DNA of 64,000 nt from Candidatus Curtissbacteria bacterium (GTDB taxonomy: Bacteria; Patescibacteriota; Microgenomatia; Curtissbacterales; GWA2-41-24): the NCBI GenBank assembly GCA_030647775.1, contig JAUSJC010000010.1, forward strand, positions 200,718 to 264,717, in the 5' to 3' direction. Positions within the stretch are counted from its first letter, which is position 1, and every line of letters starts with the position of its first letter. Below the pieces are notes generated by a model, which saw only the letters and a program-made list of their open reading frames with translations, was not told the origin of the DNA and did no database searches. Below, piece by piece: positions 1 through 9,761 of the stretch. A program made the position numbers and the translations under genes.

Positions 1-145
1 GGCGCGAGATTCGGCAGTAAAATGGCAAAAACAGCCACAAATGTTAAAACTTTTTTCCAAAAAATAGTACCCATAGAATTAGCAAAAAGCCATCAAAATG
101 GCCTCATATTGTACCAAAAAACATATCAGAAAGCAAACCTATAGG

Positions 146-175
146 ATTACAGTGAAATAATCGTATGATGGTATA
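146..175 (+). promoter_or_regulatory. putative sigma70 promoter upstream of the thermonuclease gene: TTACAG, then a roughly 19 bp spacer, then an extended -10 TGgTATAAT
   Basis: The motif tgatggtataat lies at about 164-175, with a -35-like ttacag upstream. Confidence 0.35.
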
Positions 176-186
176 ATTTAGTAGAT

Positions 187-969
187 TTGAAAAAGTTTGT
201 GCCTCTATTCTTTTCTGGGCTATTTATCATTTTTGGACTTTTATTGATTACTTTCCCTTTTGAAAAAAATCGTGCGGGTCTTGAGTCAACACTAACTAAA
301 AACCAACCTCAAGTTGCATCTGCAAGTGATTCCTCCCAGCTCTCACGTGAGATCAAAAACACCCAAGAAGCCAAGGTCGCAAGGGTCATCGACGGCGATA
401 CGATTGAACTCGAAGACGGTCAAAGAGTCCGCTATATTGGCATTGATACACCGGAGACAGTTGATCCCCGAAAACCGGTTCAGTGTTTCGGTAGGGAAGC
501 GTCAAATAAAAATAAAGAATTAGTAGAAAGTAAAACCGTTCGCTTAGAAAAAGACGTATCCGAGACCGATAAATACGGCAGGTTCTTGAGATATGTGTAC
601 GTTGAAGATGCTTTCGTCAACGATTTCTTAGTCCGCCAAGGTTTTGCTCATTCATCATCTTATCCTCCGGACATCAAACATCAACAGCAGTTTCAGCAAG
701 CCGAAAAAGAAGCTCAAGAAAACAACCGTGGTCTTTGGGCCGGATGCAATTCCCCGTCCACACCAACAACTCAGGCAACTCCTAGTCAGCAGGCTCCGGA
801 TCCGAACTGCGTCATCAAGGGCAATATTTCATCAACCGGTGAGAAAATCTACCATATGCCAGGACAAAATTATTACAATAAAACGCGAATCGACACATCA
901 AAAGGCGAAAAATGGTTCTGCACAGAAGACGAAGCGGTTGCCGCCGGCTGGCGAAAATCAAAACTATAA
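187..969 (+). CDS. secreted or membrane-anchored thermonuclease (SNase-like) with a C-terminal sunset-like domain
   Basis: The ORF starts at TTG. It has an N-terminal TM helix, SNase motifs (DGDTIEL, RVRYIGIDTPE, YGRFLRYVYV) and a C-terminal CVIKGNISSTGEKIYHMPGQNYY...WFCTEDEAVAAGWRKS tail. Confidence 0.7.
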   Translation: MKKFVPLFFSGLFIIFGLLLITFPFEKNRAGLESTLTKNQPQVASASDSSQLSREIKNTQEAKVARVIDGDTIELEDGQRVRYIGIDTPETVDPRKPVQCFGREASNKNKELVESKTVRLEKDVSETDKYGRFLRYVYVEDAFVNDFLVRQGFAHSSSYPPDIKHQQQFQQAEKEAQENNRGLWAGCNSPSTPTTQATPSQQAPDPNCVIKGNISSTGEKIYHMPGQNYYNKTRIDTSKGEKWFCTEDEAVAAGWRKSKL

Positions 970-2010
970 ATGAAATCTAATTTATCAAAAATTCTTTTAT
1001 TGATTATTGTTCTATATTCAGTGCACCTATCAACCCTTCTTTTCAAAAACTATCAAGGCGTCGACCTCTCGGAACCAATATTCGGTACTTACAGAAGTGA
1101 CGAAAAGATATTTTTAAAAACATATTATTTGGTTAAATCCGGTCATAGTTATTACGACTCGTTTCAAAGCGCATCGGCAAATGACTACGCCAATCTTAAA
1201 CTCGGATCAGACGTTTTCACCTGGAGACTGCCAACAGCTTTTTACATATGGTCTCTCACAACTACAAACGGTTATCAGATACTTGCAGAGTATTGGGTCT
1301 TGGCCATTCTGTTTTTAGTTAGCGTTTTCTTAATTATCAAAAAACTTGCCACCGTCAACGCTGGCCTATTATCAGTTCTCCTCGTCTTGCCATATTTTGC
1401 GGGCAACCTTTCTTATAAAACGTCTTTCTTATTTATAGAATGGTGGGCCCTGTTTTTCTTTACTTTTGGCCTAACATTTTTCTTTTACAAGAAATTTGTC
1501 CCCGCGTGGATTTTATTTTTTGTCGCGATAGCGATCAGAGAACTTATGATAATTCCCATATTGGCGTTTTTGATTCTATCGCTCCTGTTAAAGAAAAATC
1601 GAATCTTCTTTGCAACTCTTATTTTATTTTCTTTAATAATTTTTGTTCTGCATGCCCACTTTGTACTTTCCCGTTTTCCAGATACGCCTCAAACATCCAC
1701 AATTCTTTCTCGTTTCCACACGCCAGACAAGCAAAGTCTCCTTACAATGATTTCTTTCTCGATGCAAAATTATCCGCTGACGAAGTATAGAATCAATTTA
1801 TTATTAATAGTTCTTGCTTTTATAAGTCTCTTGGCAAACATCAAGGAAAAAGGAATCAGCGAGAAGCTATATTATTATTTAGCACCCTGGAGCATGCTTC
1901 TTACTTTCCCTTTTATCACGACAACCCTTTACAATGATTATTGGGGAATCCTATTTATGCCACTTTTAATCTCAACAGTATCGTCATTATTTTCAAAACA
2001 AAAAACCTGA
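970..2010 (+). CDS. polytopic membrane protein, unknown function
   Basis: 346 aa ORF with multiple hydrophobic helices, tightly packed after the nuclease gene. Confidence 0.5.
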   Translation: MKSNLSKILLLIIVLYSVHLSTLLFKNYQGVDLSEPIFGTYRSDEKIFLKTYYLVKSGHSYYDSFQSASANDYANLKLGSDVFTWRLPTAFYIWSLTTTNGYQILAEYWVLAILFLVSVFLIIKKLATVNAGLLSVLLVLPYFAGNLSYKTSFLFIEWWALFFFTFGLTFFFYKKFVPAWILFFVAIAIRELMIIPILAFLILSLLLKKNRIFFATLILFSLIIFVLHAHFVLSRFPDTPQTSTILSRFHTPDKQSLLTMISFSMQNYPLTKYRINLLLIVLAFISLLANIKEKGISEKLYYYLAPWSMLLTFPFITTTLYNDYWGILFMPLLISTVSSLFSKQKT

Positions 2011-2013
2011 AAA

Positions 2014-3534
2014 ATGCTAGCCAAAGTTACCTCCGCAGCTGTTGTTGGTTTAGATGCCGTTCCTATTACCGTTGAGGTCGATATTGCTTCCCAGGGGTTA
2101 CCAAGTTTTACCATAGTCGGTCTTCCCGATAAAGCCGTTGAAGAATCAAAGGAAAGAGTTAGGGCCGCGCTTAAAAACAGCGGTGCCGATATCCCCCCAA
2201 AAAGGATAACGGTCAATCTTGCCCCGGCAGACTTACCAAAAGAAGGCCCCGCCTATGATCTTCCAATCGCCCTCGGTATTCTAATAGCCAGTGAACAATT
2301 AAAAGCGGATGTCGAAGACTCAATTTTTATTGGCGAACTTTCTCTTGACGGGTCACTGCGCCGAATTTGGGGCGTTTTGCCCTGTACCCTTATGGCCCGC
2401 GACAAAAATTTTAGTAATATTTTCCTTCCTCCGGATAATACTGGAGAAGCCGGGGCTGTCGATAAAATCAGCATTATTGCCCCAAAAAACTTACGCCAGC
2501 TTTTTGATCATTTTGCCACAGACACCAAGATTCCACCTCTAAAATTTAAAAAACAAATCTTTAAAAATATTATTGACGAAGACTTTGATTTTGAAAATAT
2601 TTTAGGGCAGGAAAATGCCAAACGCGCCCTAACTATTGCCGCCGCCGGCGGTCACAACATTTTAATGAAAGGTCCACCCGGAGCCGGCAAAACTCTTATG
2701 GCCAGAAGCTTCACGACTATCCTGCCCAGGTTAACTTTTGATGAAAGCCTTGAGGTGACAAAAATTTATTCTGTTGCCAACCTCTTAAATGCCGAAACCC
2801 CCCAAGTCCTGTCACGTCCGATTCGTAGCCCTCACCATACCACAAGCCATATTGGCTTAATCGGCGGCGGTAATATCCCGCGCCCCGGAGAAATTTCGCT
2901 TGCCCACCGTGGAGTTTTGTTTTTAGACGAATTGCCGGAATTCCCAAGACAAGTCCTCGAAGCCTTAAGACAGCCGATGGAAGATGGGCATATTACCATT
3001 TCCCGTGCCGCCGGGTCTGTCAAATTTCCCTGCCGTTTTACTCTGGTTGCCGCCGCCAACCCCTGTCCTTGCGGCTTTTTTGGTGACGAAACTAGAAATT
3101 GTGTTTGTGCTCCAAGCGCCATCACCCGTTATCAAAAAAGGATCTCCGGTCCAATCTTGGACAGAATCGATATCCATATCACGGTCCCGGCAGTCAAAGT
3201 GGAAAAGCTGACAGGGCAAACAAGGGGAGAGTCAAGCGCAAAGATTCAGGCCCGTGTCCAAAAAGCCCGCGCCCTTCAAGAAAAAAGATTTAAGAATCTG
3301 GCTATTGCCTCAAATGCTGAAATGTCGGCAAAACTGATGAAAAAATATTGTAATCTCGACGATCAGTCAATTCTGCTTTTGAAACAGGCTATTTCCAAAC
3401 TCAATCTTTCCGCCCGTTCATTTCATAGAGTCATTAAAATTGCCCGGACCATCGCCGACCTTGAAGCGTCAATCAAAATAAAATCCAATCATGTTGCAGA
3501 AGCGCTTCAATATCGTCCTGCTGCTGATATTTAA
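2014..3534 (+). CDS. YifB/ComM family Mg-chelatase-like AAA+ ATPase
   Basis: Lon-like N-terminal domain (LPSFTIVGLPDKAVEESKERV), Walker A GPPGAGKT, ChlI-like C-terminal half. The 3' end is duplicated around a repeat element (see findings). Confidence 0.85.
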   Translation: MLAKVTSAAVVGLDAVPITVEVDIASQGLPSFTIVGLPDKAVEESKERVRAALKNSGADIPPKRITVNLAPADLPKEGPAYDLPIALGILIASEQLKADVEDSIFIGELSLDGSLRRIWGVLPCTLMARDKNFSNIFLPPDNTGEAGAVDKISIIAPKNLRQLFDHFATDTKIPPLKFKKQIFKNIIDEDFDFENILGQENAKRALTIAAAGGHNILMKGPPGAGKTLMARSFTTILPRLTFDESLEVTKIYSVANLLNAETPQVLSRPIRSPHHTTSHIGLIGGGNIPRPGEISLAHRGVLFLDELPEFPRQVLEALRQPMEDGHITISRAAGSVKFPCRFTLVAAANPCPCGFFGDETRNCVCAPSAITRYQKRISGPILDRIDIHITVPAVKVEKLTGQTRGESSAKIQARVQKARALQEKRFKNLAIASNAEMSAKLMKKYCNLDDQSILLLKQAISKLNLSARSFHRVIKIARTIADLEASIKIKSNHVAEALQYRPAADI

Positions 3535-3571
3535 AGCGCTTCAAAACCCTGAGTGAAATCGAAGGGTCGCC
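3535..3571. repeat. family A palindromic element (core CCCTGAGYGAARTCGAAGGG), flanked by near-duplicate copies of the yifB 3' end at 3499-3523 and 3572-3594
   Basis: Sequence aagcgcttcaaaaccctgagtgaaatcgaagggtcgcc. Copy 1 is gaagcgcttcaatatcgtcctgc and copy 2 is gaggcacttcaataccgtccgc. Confidence 0.6.
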
Positions 3572-3624
3572 GAGGCACTTCAATACCGTCCGCAAATCGA
3601 AAATTAATCTGATAAAATATACTT

Positions 3625-4245
3625 ATGAAGAAAATCATCATTCTGTTGGTTGCTTCAGTTATCATAATTTTGATCGGGCTTATTTGGTACGCCATCAATA
3701 TCTCTTTCAATCAAGTTCGGCCGGCTACTGCCGAAATTAACAAAAATATCGTCAAAGATCTATCTAAGATCGTCCGTATCCCCGAAGGGATTGCGCCGCC
3801 GATGCAGGATTTTAATCAAACCATTTATTCATGGGAAATGGAAACGCCTGCGGGAGAGGTAACAGGTATTACTTTTAAGTACACGCCATCATTTGCCAGA
3901 AAAGATGACAAAATCATCGCGACTTTAGAAATGCCCGAAAACGGTGACCCGAGTATTTTTAATAAGGTTCTTGAAGCAATTATTGTCGACGAACAGTCAC
4001 TGGCAGCTGCCCGTGATCCCCAAAAAGCGAATCTTGGTGCAAACGGGAAAAGCGGTTACAACTCGATCAAACTGGCCGTTTCGCCAAAATCCGGGCAAAC
4101 GACAAACATTACCTGGGAATTTGAAAAGAAAACCCTTTCCAAAGAATTAAATAGCTCCTATGACCAAATTAATAAAATCCCCAGTTTCGCCTTGAATTTT
4201 TTGTATGGACTACCGGGTTTTATCATTGGTTTACTAAAAGGATAA
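3625..4245 (+). CDS. hypothetical secreted or membrane-anchored protein
   Basis: 206 aa ORF with an N-terminal TM or signal sequence and a hydrophobic C-terminus. Confidence 0.5.
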   Translation: MKKIIILLVASVIIILIGLIWYAINISFNQVRPATAEINKNIVKDLSKIVRIPEGIAPPMQDFNQTIYSWEMETPAGEVTGITFKYTPSFARKDDKIIATLEMPENGDPSIFNKVLEAIIVDEQSLAAARDPQKANLGANGKSGYNSIKLAVSPKSGQTTNITWEFEKKTLSKELNSSYDQINKIPSFALNFLYGLPGFIIGLLKG

Positions 4246-4284
4246 CCAAATTAAACTCGGCTTGAAAGAAGATTTTTGAAGTAG

Positions 4285-4334
4285 AAAAAACCCCCGGAGA
4301 CAATTCTGAAGCCAAAATTATCGTGGGGTTTTTT
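4285..4334. terminator. possible bidirectional terminator: A-run and CCCCC, then GGGG and a T-run
   Basis: aaaaaaccccc ... ggggtttttt sits between convergent genes. Confidence 0.3.
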
Positions 4335-4425
4335 CTTTTACTCGCAACCCGATTTTTCAAAAGGGTCGAAAGCAGTATCTACATTGAAAATCAACCACCG
4401 CGTCAAACGCGGTAGGCTAGTTTGA

Positions 4426-4566
4426 CTAGCCACCAATCTTGAACATGGTCGTACCGCAAACTGGGCACTTACCTTTTGAAGCTGGTTTGCCGTTTTTCAT
4501 TGTTACTTTTTGAGCATTGGGATCATCTCTCTTTGCGCGGCACTTAACACAATACATTGTAGTCAT
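4426..4566 (-). CDS. small C4 zinc-ribbon protein (46 aa, DUF5679-like)
   Basis: Translation MTTMYCVKCRAKRDDPNAQKVTMKNGKPASKGKCPVCGTTMFKIGG. AGGAGG lies 7 nt upstream. The gene is absent from the ORF track because it is shorter than 60 aa. Confidence 0.5.
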   Translation of the reverse strand: MTTMYCVKCRAKRDDPNAQKVTMKNGKPASKGKCPVCGTTMFKIGG

Positions 4567-4665
4567 TCTAGTTAATCACCTCCTTTTGGCAGAGAAGTTT
4601 TAAAGAAGTCTGCTTTAGCGTCAAAGCTAAATTAGCTTCAATTAGCCTCAACCATAGCATAGGCT

Positions 4666-4905
4666 TTAAGCTAGTGTCAAGCGTAGCATTATTTGAGCTG
4701 CAAGAATAAATGCGCTGATTATAATAATTTTTAAAAGATCGCCTCTTAAATATGAAAGGTTTTCTCCTGTGGTAACCTGTTTTTTATAGCCGGCGTCGTT
4801 TTTAAATTCTTCTTCCGCCGAGTCGATAATCTTAATCGCGCCTTCGTTAAAGACAAAATGGCGCATGCCGGCTTTCAGTTTTCTCTTTTTAGTTTTAAAA
4901 GGCAT
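4666..4905 (-). CDS. small hypothetical protein with a C-terminal TM helix
   Basis: 79 aa ORF beginning MPFKTKKRKLKAGMRHF. The true start may be the internal Met. Confidence 0.3.
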   Translation of the reverse strand: MPFKTKKRKLKAGMRHFVFNEGAIKIIDSAEEEFKNDAGYKKQVTTGENLSYLRGDLLKIIIISAFILAAQIMLRLTLA

Positions 4906-5040
4906 TTTTCTCTTAAATAATGTAAAATATTATTTAAAGCATCTTAGCACAAACACTCTTCCGAAAAGCCGAACCATTGACAAGCGAAAGCAGCAAGTGG
5001 TAAAAGAGTGGGTACCAATATTATCCAAAGTTAACAGTGG

Positions 5041-5529
5041 ATGGAAAAACTTCAGCTTGTCGATTATTTTTTGGGAGCCATTCTTGTTTGGTTAGTAGTT
5101 TTGAGCGTTTATTTCATAAAGGTACTTAGGTCATGGAATAAACTGACAAGAAGCGGTAAAGATCTAAATCTGCAGGGGATCTTAGAAAATATCATTGGGA
5201 ACCAGCAGTCCATTAACAAAAAAGTCGATATTCTTGGAGAAGAAATCAAAAGGCTGCAAGGGGAGAGCAAAAATTATTTTCAAAAGCACGCACTAATTCG
5301 CTTCAATCCTTTTGAAGATACCGGTGGGGATCAGAGTTTTATTGTTGCGCTCATGACAGGTGTCAACAATGGCTTTGTTATTTCATCTTTGCACTCTAGA
5401 AACGGGACAAGGGTGTATGCCAAACAGATTGCCGGTGCCAAGGCATCTGGCAATGAACTGTCAAAAGAGGAAAAAGAGGTAGTTGAAAAAGCTGCCAAGA
5501 GCCGGGGAGAACCGATTGACAAAAATTAA
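5041..5529 (+). CDS. DUF4446 family protein
   Basis: N-terminal TM helix and coiled-coil, then the conserved IRFNPFEDTGGDQSFIVALMTGVNNGFVISSLHSRNGTRVYAK block. Confidence 0.6.
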   Translation: MEKLQLVDYFLGAILVWLVVLSVYFIKVLRSWNKLTRSGKDLNLQGILENIIGNQQSINKKVDILGEEIKRLQGESKNYFQKHALIRFNPFEDTGGDQSFIVALMTGVNNGFVISSLHSRNGTRVYAKQIAGAKASGNELSKEEKEVVEKAAKSRGEPIDKN

Positions 5530-5554
5530 ATGATAAATAAACAAAAGTTTTTCT

Positions 5555-6685
5555 GTGAATAAAAAAGTATTATTGGTTATTGCGGGAGCCCTTGTCCTGT
5601 ACGCTGCTTCAGCCGGCGTTTCTTATTTGGTTTTTAATTCCATAAAGGGGCCGATTAATATAACTACCCCGTTTGGGAGCCTTACGGATATTACTTCCAT
5701 TTCAGAAGAAGGGGCAAAAGACCAGGCGTGCCCTCTAAATGGGGCTCTTTATACTAAAACCAGAAAAGACGCATGGGAAAAAAGAAGGCCGCTTGGGGTA
5801 ATGATCGAAAACCACCTCGATGCAAGGCCCATAATCGGGCTTTCGCGCGCCGACGTTATCTATGAAGCTGTCGCGGAAGGCGGAATTCCCCGTCAGCTGG
5901 CAATGTATCTGTGTCAGGATGCCGGAGATATCGCACCCATCAGAAGCGCCAGAACCTATTATGTCGATTGGCTTTCCGAATATGATGGGCTTTATTCTCA
6001 TGTCGGCGGAGCAAATGATTCCGGAGGCGATATCAACCCCAAAGCAGACGCCTTAGGCCAAATTAGAAAATATGGGATACGCGATATGGACCAATTCGGC
6101 TTGGGCTTCCCAACCTACTGGCGCGGGACAGATCGGCTTGCGCCTCATAATGTCCATTCTACAACGACAAAACTTTGGCAGGCAGCTGCGGATAGAAACT
6201 GGGGCCCCACAGACGATAACGGTGTAAGGTGGGACAAAAACTTCACGATTTGGAAATTTAAAGATGACGCTTCTCTTGAAGCGAGAGGTAACCAAAAACC
6301 GATTGCCGTCCCATTTTGGCTGAGCCAGCCGGAGTATACCCAAACGTGGCAATACGACAAAACCGCCAACGTTTACAAAAAATACTATGGAACTGAAGCG
6401 GCAGTCGACCCGCTTACAAAAGAAAATTTAGCACCCAAAAATCTGATAGTTCAGTTTGAAGTTGAGACCCAAACCCAGGATAAAGACGGCCATCTTTTAT
6501 ATGGTACAACCGGGTCTGGCAACGCTTTAATATTCATGGACGGTAATGTTACCCGCGGAACATGGAACAAAAAAGACCGGATAAGCCGCACAATCTATAA
6601 AGATGCCGGCGGGAAAGAAATTGCTTTTGACAGGGGACAAATTTGGATCGAAATAGTCCCTGTCGGAAATACGGTCACGTACTAA
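5555..6685 (+). CDS. secreted protein, possibly DUF3048/YerB-like
   Basis: 376 aa ORF with a signal or TM N-terminus. The family assignment is from memory only. Confidence 0.45.
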   Translation: MNKKVLLVIAGALVLYAASAGVSYLVFNSIKGPINITTPFGSLTDITSISEEGAKDQACPLNGALYTKTRKDAWEKRRPLGVMIENHLDARPIIGLSRADVIYEAVAEGGIPRQLAMYLCQDAGDIAPIRSARTYYVDWLSEYDGLYSHVGGANDSGGDINPKADALGQIRKYGIRDMDQFGLGFPTYWRGTDRLAPHNVHSTTTKLWQAAADRNWGPTDDNGVRWDKNFTIWKFKDDASLEARGNQKPIAVPFWLSQPEYTQTWQYDKTANVYKKYYGTEAAVDPLTKENLAPKNLIVQFEVETQTQDKDGHLLYGTTGSGNALIFMDGNVTRGTWNKKDRISRTIYKDAGGKEIAFDRGQIWIEIVPVGNTVTY

Positions 6686-6740
6686 GTCTGCCTGTTTACC
6701 CCGCTAAGGCGGGGCCGGATATCAGCCTGCCCATAAAATT

Positions 6741-7319
6741 ATGTTGATAGATCTTTTAATTTCTAAAGTCAGAGTCAAGGTTCTCGAACTCTTTTTGGGT
6801 AATCCGGACCAGTCCTATCACGTCCGCGATATTGTCAGGCGTGTCGAAGAGGAAATCAACGCCGTAAGGCGTGAGCTGGCCAGGATGGAAAAAATTGGTT
6901 TTTTGGCAAGCGAATGGCGCGCAAACCGCAGGTTCTACTCCGTAAAAAAAGACTTTATCTTCTATTGGGAATTGTTATCAATTATTAATAAGCAATCAGG
7001 CCTCGGCGGCCAAATTATCAAAAACCGCGGCAAACTCGGCAAAATTAAATACGCTATGCTTTCGGGTTCCTTCGTCCGCGGCAAACCGTATAGCCAGAAC
7101 GAAGTCGATCTTTTCATAGTCGGTACAATTATTCTGCCGGAACTGGGCAGTTTAGTTCGTGAAGAGGAAACCAGGCGTGACCGTGAAATTAACTTTACAC
7201 CCATGACAGAAGAAGAATTTAGTTTCCGCAAAAACAGGCGCGATCCGTTTATCATGGGAATCCTTTCCAAGCCCCGGGTTATGTTAATCGGGGAAGAAGA
7301 GGAAATGGTAAAGTTGTAA
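6741..7319 (+). CDS. winged-HTH fused to a minimal nucleotidyltransferase (Pol-beta superfamily)
   Basis: N-terminal wHTH-like region (VLELFLGNPDQSYHVRDIVRRV), then GSFVRGK...NEVDLFIV, which is the GS...[DE]xD NTase signature. Confidence 0.5.
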   Translation: MLIDLLISKVRVKVLELFLGNPDQSYHVRDIVRRVEEEINAVRRELARMEKIGFLASEWRANRRFYSVKKDFIFYWELLSIINKQSGLGGQIIKNRGKLGKIKYAMLSGSFVRGKPYSQNEVDLFIVGTIILPELGSLVREEETRRDREINFTPMTEEEFSFRKNRRDPFIMGILSKPRVMLIGEEEEMVKL

Positions 7320-7320
7320 A

Positions 7321-7466
7321 CCCTGAGCGAACGAAGTGAGTCGAAGGGCTATAGTCCTGAGCTTGTCGAAGGGCTCTAACCTTCTGAACTACTAATCTGC
7401 TAAAATCTTTCTTAGGCCCGCAGTTCTGAGTGAAGTCGAAGGACGAGGACCGCATGGCTTTGTATC
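7321..7466. repeat. cluster of family A palindromic elements plus a family C module (CGCATGGCTTTGTATCATG) abutting the secD start
   Basis: ccctgagcgaacgaagtgagtcgaaggg, tcctgagcttgtcgaaggg, ttctgagtgaagtcgaaggacgaggaccgcatggctttgtat. Confidence 0.6.
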
Positions 7467-8783
7467 ATGTCAAAACACCCGAGGCGTATTCTCTTTTTTA
7501 TCATCATCCTCGTTCTAGCCGCCGTTTATATCGACCTGCCAAAATTCTCCTGGAAAGGCATCAACTTTTCCCATAACCCGAAAGTTACCAATTTTATAAA
7601 AAGGGACCTTGAACCAAAGCTGGGCTTAGATCTTGCCGGCGGCGTGCAATTAACGATGTCTGCCGATATGAGCGGCGTGTCCGCCCAAGACCGTGACAGT
7701 GCTCTGGAGAGCGCTAAAAATGTCATCGAAAACAGAGTTAACGCCCTTGGAGTTGCCGAGCCGGTCATTCAAACTGCCAAAACAGGCGGCCAATACCGTT
7801 TAATCGTTGAACTTGCCGGACTTAAAAATATCGACGAAGCAGTTGCCACTGTTAAAAAAACGGCCCATTTGGAATTTAAGACTCTCAAGAAAGATATACC
7901 CCCGGAAGCAACTCAGTCGGCAGACTTAATACCCGATAGTTACGAAAGTTCAGGCTTAACAGGGAAAGATTTAACAAGGGCAATCGCCCAGCCCAGCACA
8001 GACCCGAGTAGCCCCGGTTATGTTGTTAGTCTCCAGTTTAGCAGTGACGGTGCTAAAAAACTGGCGGAAATCACAAAAGATAATCTTAGCAAACCCATGG
8101 CGATGTTCTTGGATGACCTTCCTATTTCCTGGCCGCCGCCGAGAATCCAATCCGTAATTTCCGACGGTAACGCCCAAATTACCGGCAATTTTGATTCCAA
8201 TTCGGCAAAACAGTTAGCCATTCAGCTTAACGCCGGCGCGCTTCCTATTCCCTTAAAAATTGAAAGCCAAACCAGAGTCGGTCCAACTCTTGGTCTTGTG
8301 GCAGTCCAAAAAAGTATTCTGGCCGCCGCAATTGGTATTGCCTCCGTCATCATTTTTATGATTGCCTATTACCGCCTGCTTGGAATCTTTGCCGCGCTTG
8401 CCCTTTTAATCTACACACTACTTGTCTTTGCTCTTTTCAAATTAATTCCTGTAACCCTGACTCTTGCCGGTATCGCCGGGTTCATTCTTTCTATTGGCAT
8501 GGCAGTCGATGCTAACATCTTAATTTTTGAAAGGATGAAAGAAGAACGCCGTTGGGGTAAGCCCAAGCTTGAAGCATTTTACAGCGGTTTTGAAAGGGCC
8601 TGGTCTTCCATCCGTGATTCAAATGTTTCATCCTTGATTACAACAGCCGTCCTTTTCCAGTTTGGTACCGGCTCAATCCGCGGTTTTGCCTTGACTCTAG
8701 CCATCGGAATTTTAGTTTCCATGTTTAGCGCCGTAACCGTAACCAGAACACTACTGCGATTATTTTGGGCGAGACAAGCATGA
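7467..8783 (+). CDS. secD: protein translocase subunit SecD
   Basis: Periplasmic domain plus six C-terminal TM helices, immediately followed by secF. Confidence 0.85.
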   Translation: MSKHPRRILFFIIILVLAAVYIDLPKFSWKGINFSHNPKVTNFIKRDLEPKLGLDLAGGVQLTMSADMSGVSAQDRDSALESAKNVIENRVNALGVAEPVIQTAKTGGQYRLIVELAGLKNIDEAVATVKKTAHLEFKTLKKDIPPEATQSADLIPDSYESSGLTGKDLTRAIAQPSTDPSSPGYVVSLQFSSDGAKKLAEITKDNLSKPMAMFLDDLPISWPPPRIQSVISDGNAQITGNFDSNSAKQLAIQLNAGALPIPLKIESQTRVGPTLGLVAVQKSILAAAIGIASVIIFMIAYYRLLGIFAALALLIYTLLVFALFKLIPVTLTLAGIAGFILSIGMAVDANILIFERMKEERRWGKPKLEAFYSGFERAWSSIRDSNVSSLITTAVLFQFGTGSIRGFALTLAIGILVSMFSAVTVTRTLLRLFWARQA

Positions 8784-8835
8784 GAAGCGGGTGGCACGAC
8801 AGGAAGGAAAGTCGTGACAGGACCCGCAAAATAAA

Positions 8836-9726
8836 ATGAACATTATTAAATACAGGAATTGGTTTTTTGCTTTATCACTGGCCATTATTATTCCCGGCCT
8901 TATTGCGCTTGCCCTGTGGCACCTAAAACCCGGAATTGATTTTTCCGGAGGGACTCTTTGGGAAGTAAAAACAAACACTGCGCCCAAAAATCTTCAGGAC
9001 TTTATATCCAAAAATGGAGTAGAGGTATCACAAGTCACCAAAACAAGCCAGGGATCAATTCTTTTGCGCCTTAAAGTCACGGATGACGCAAAGATCAAAG
9101 AGATCAAAGATAAAGTATCTTCAAACATCGGCCCATTTGAAGAAGTAAGGTTAGAAACTGTCGGGCCGGTTATTTCCAAAGAGCTTACTCAAAAAGCCGC
9201 TCTTGCTGTCGGTATTGCGCTTTTAGGTATCGTGCTTTACGTAACTTGGGCTTTTAGAAAATTGGCCAAACCCGCTTCGCCAATTGCTTTTGGGGTATGT
9301 ACAATTATTGCCCTTATCCACGACATCATTGTCGTTGTCGGTATCTTTGCAATTCTTGGTCACTTTTTCGGTGTCGAAGTCGACTCGCTTTTTATTACGG
9401 CCCTTTTGACAGTTCTTGGTTTTTCCGTCCACGATACGATTGTAGTTTTTGATAGGATCCGCGAGAATTTAAGAAAGCACAGTGATTATTCTTTTGAAGA
9501 AGTTGTTAATCACTCACTCCTGCAAACCATTGGCCGTTCTCTCAACACATCATTAACCGTAGTTTTTGTTCTCCTGGCGCTTCTCCTTTTCGGCGGCGAG
9601 TCGATAAAAACTTTCGTCTTAGCGCTTCTAATCGGCATTATTTCCGGGACCTATTCCTCCATCTTCAATGCCGCCCCGCTCCTCGTCGTCTGGTCGGAGT
9701 TTATTAAAAATAAACGCAGATCCTGA
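8836..9726 (+). CDS. secF: protein translocase subunit SecF
   Basis: 296 aa SecF-like topology. Its TGA stop codon lies inside a family A repeat. Confidence 0.85.
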   Translation: MNIIKYRNWFFALSLAIIIPGLIALALWHLKPGIDFSGGTLWEVKTNTAPKNLQDFISKNGVEVSQVTKTSQGSILLRLKVTDDAKIKEIKDKVSSNIGPFEEVRLETVGPVISKELTQKAALAVGIALLGIVLYVTWAFRKLAKPASPIAFGVCTIIALIHDIIVVVGIFAILGHFFGVEVDSLFITALLTVLGFSVHDTIVVFDRIRENLRKHSDYSFEEVVNHSLLQTIGRSLNTSLTVVFVLLALLLFGGESIKTFVLALLIGIISGTYSSIFNAAPLLVVWSEFIKNKRRS

Positions 9727-9741
9727 GTTTATCGAAGGGCA
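9720..9741. repeat. family A element overlapping the secF stop codon
   Basis: gatccTGAgtttatcgaagggc. Confidence 0.5.
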
Positions 9742-9761
9742 ACAATTCAAAAATAAATAAG

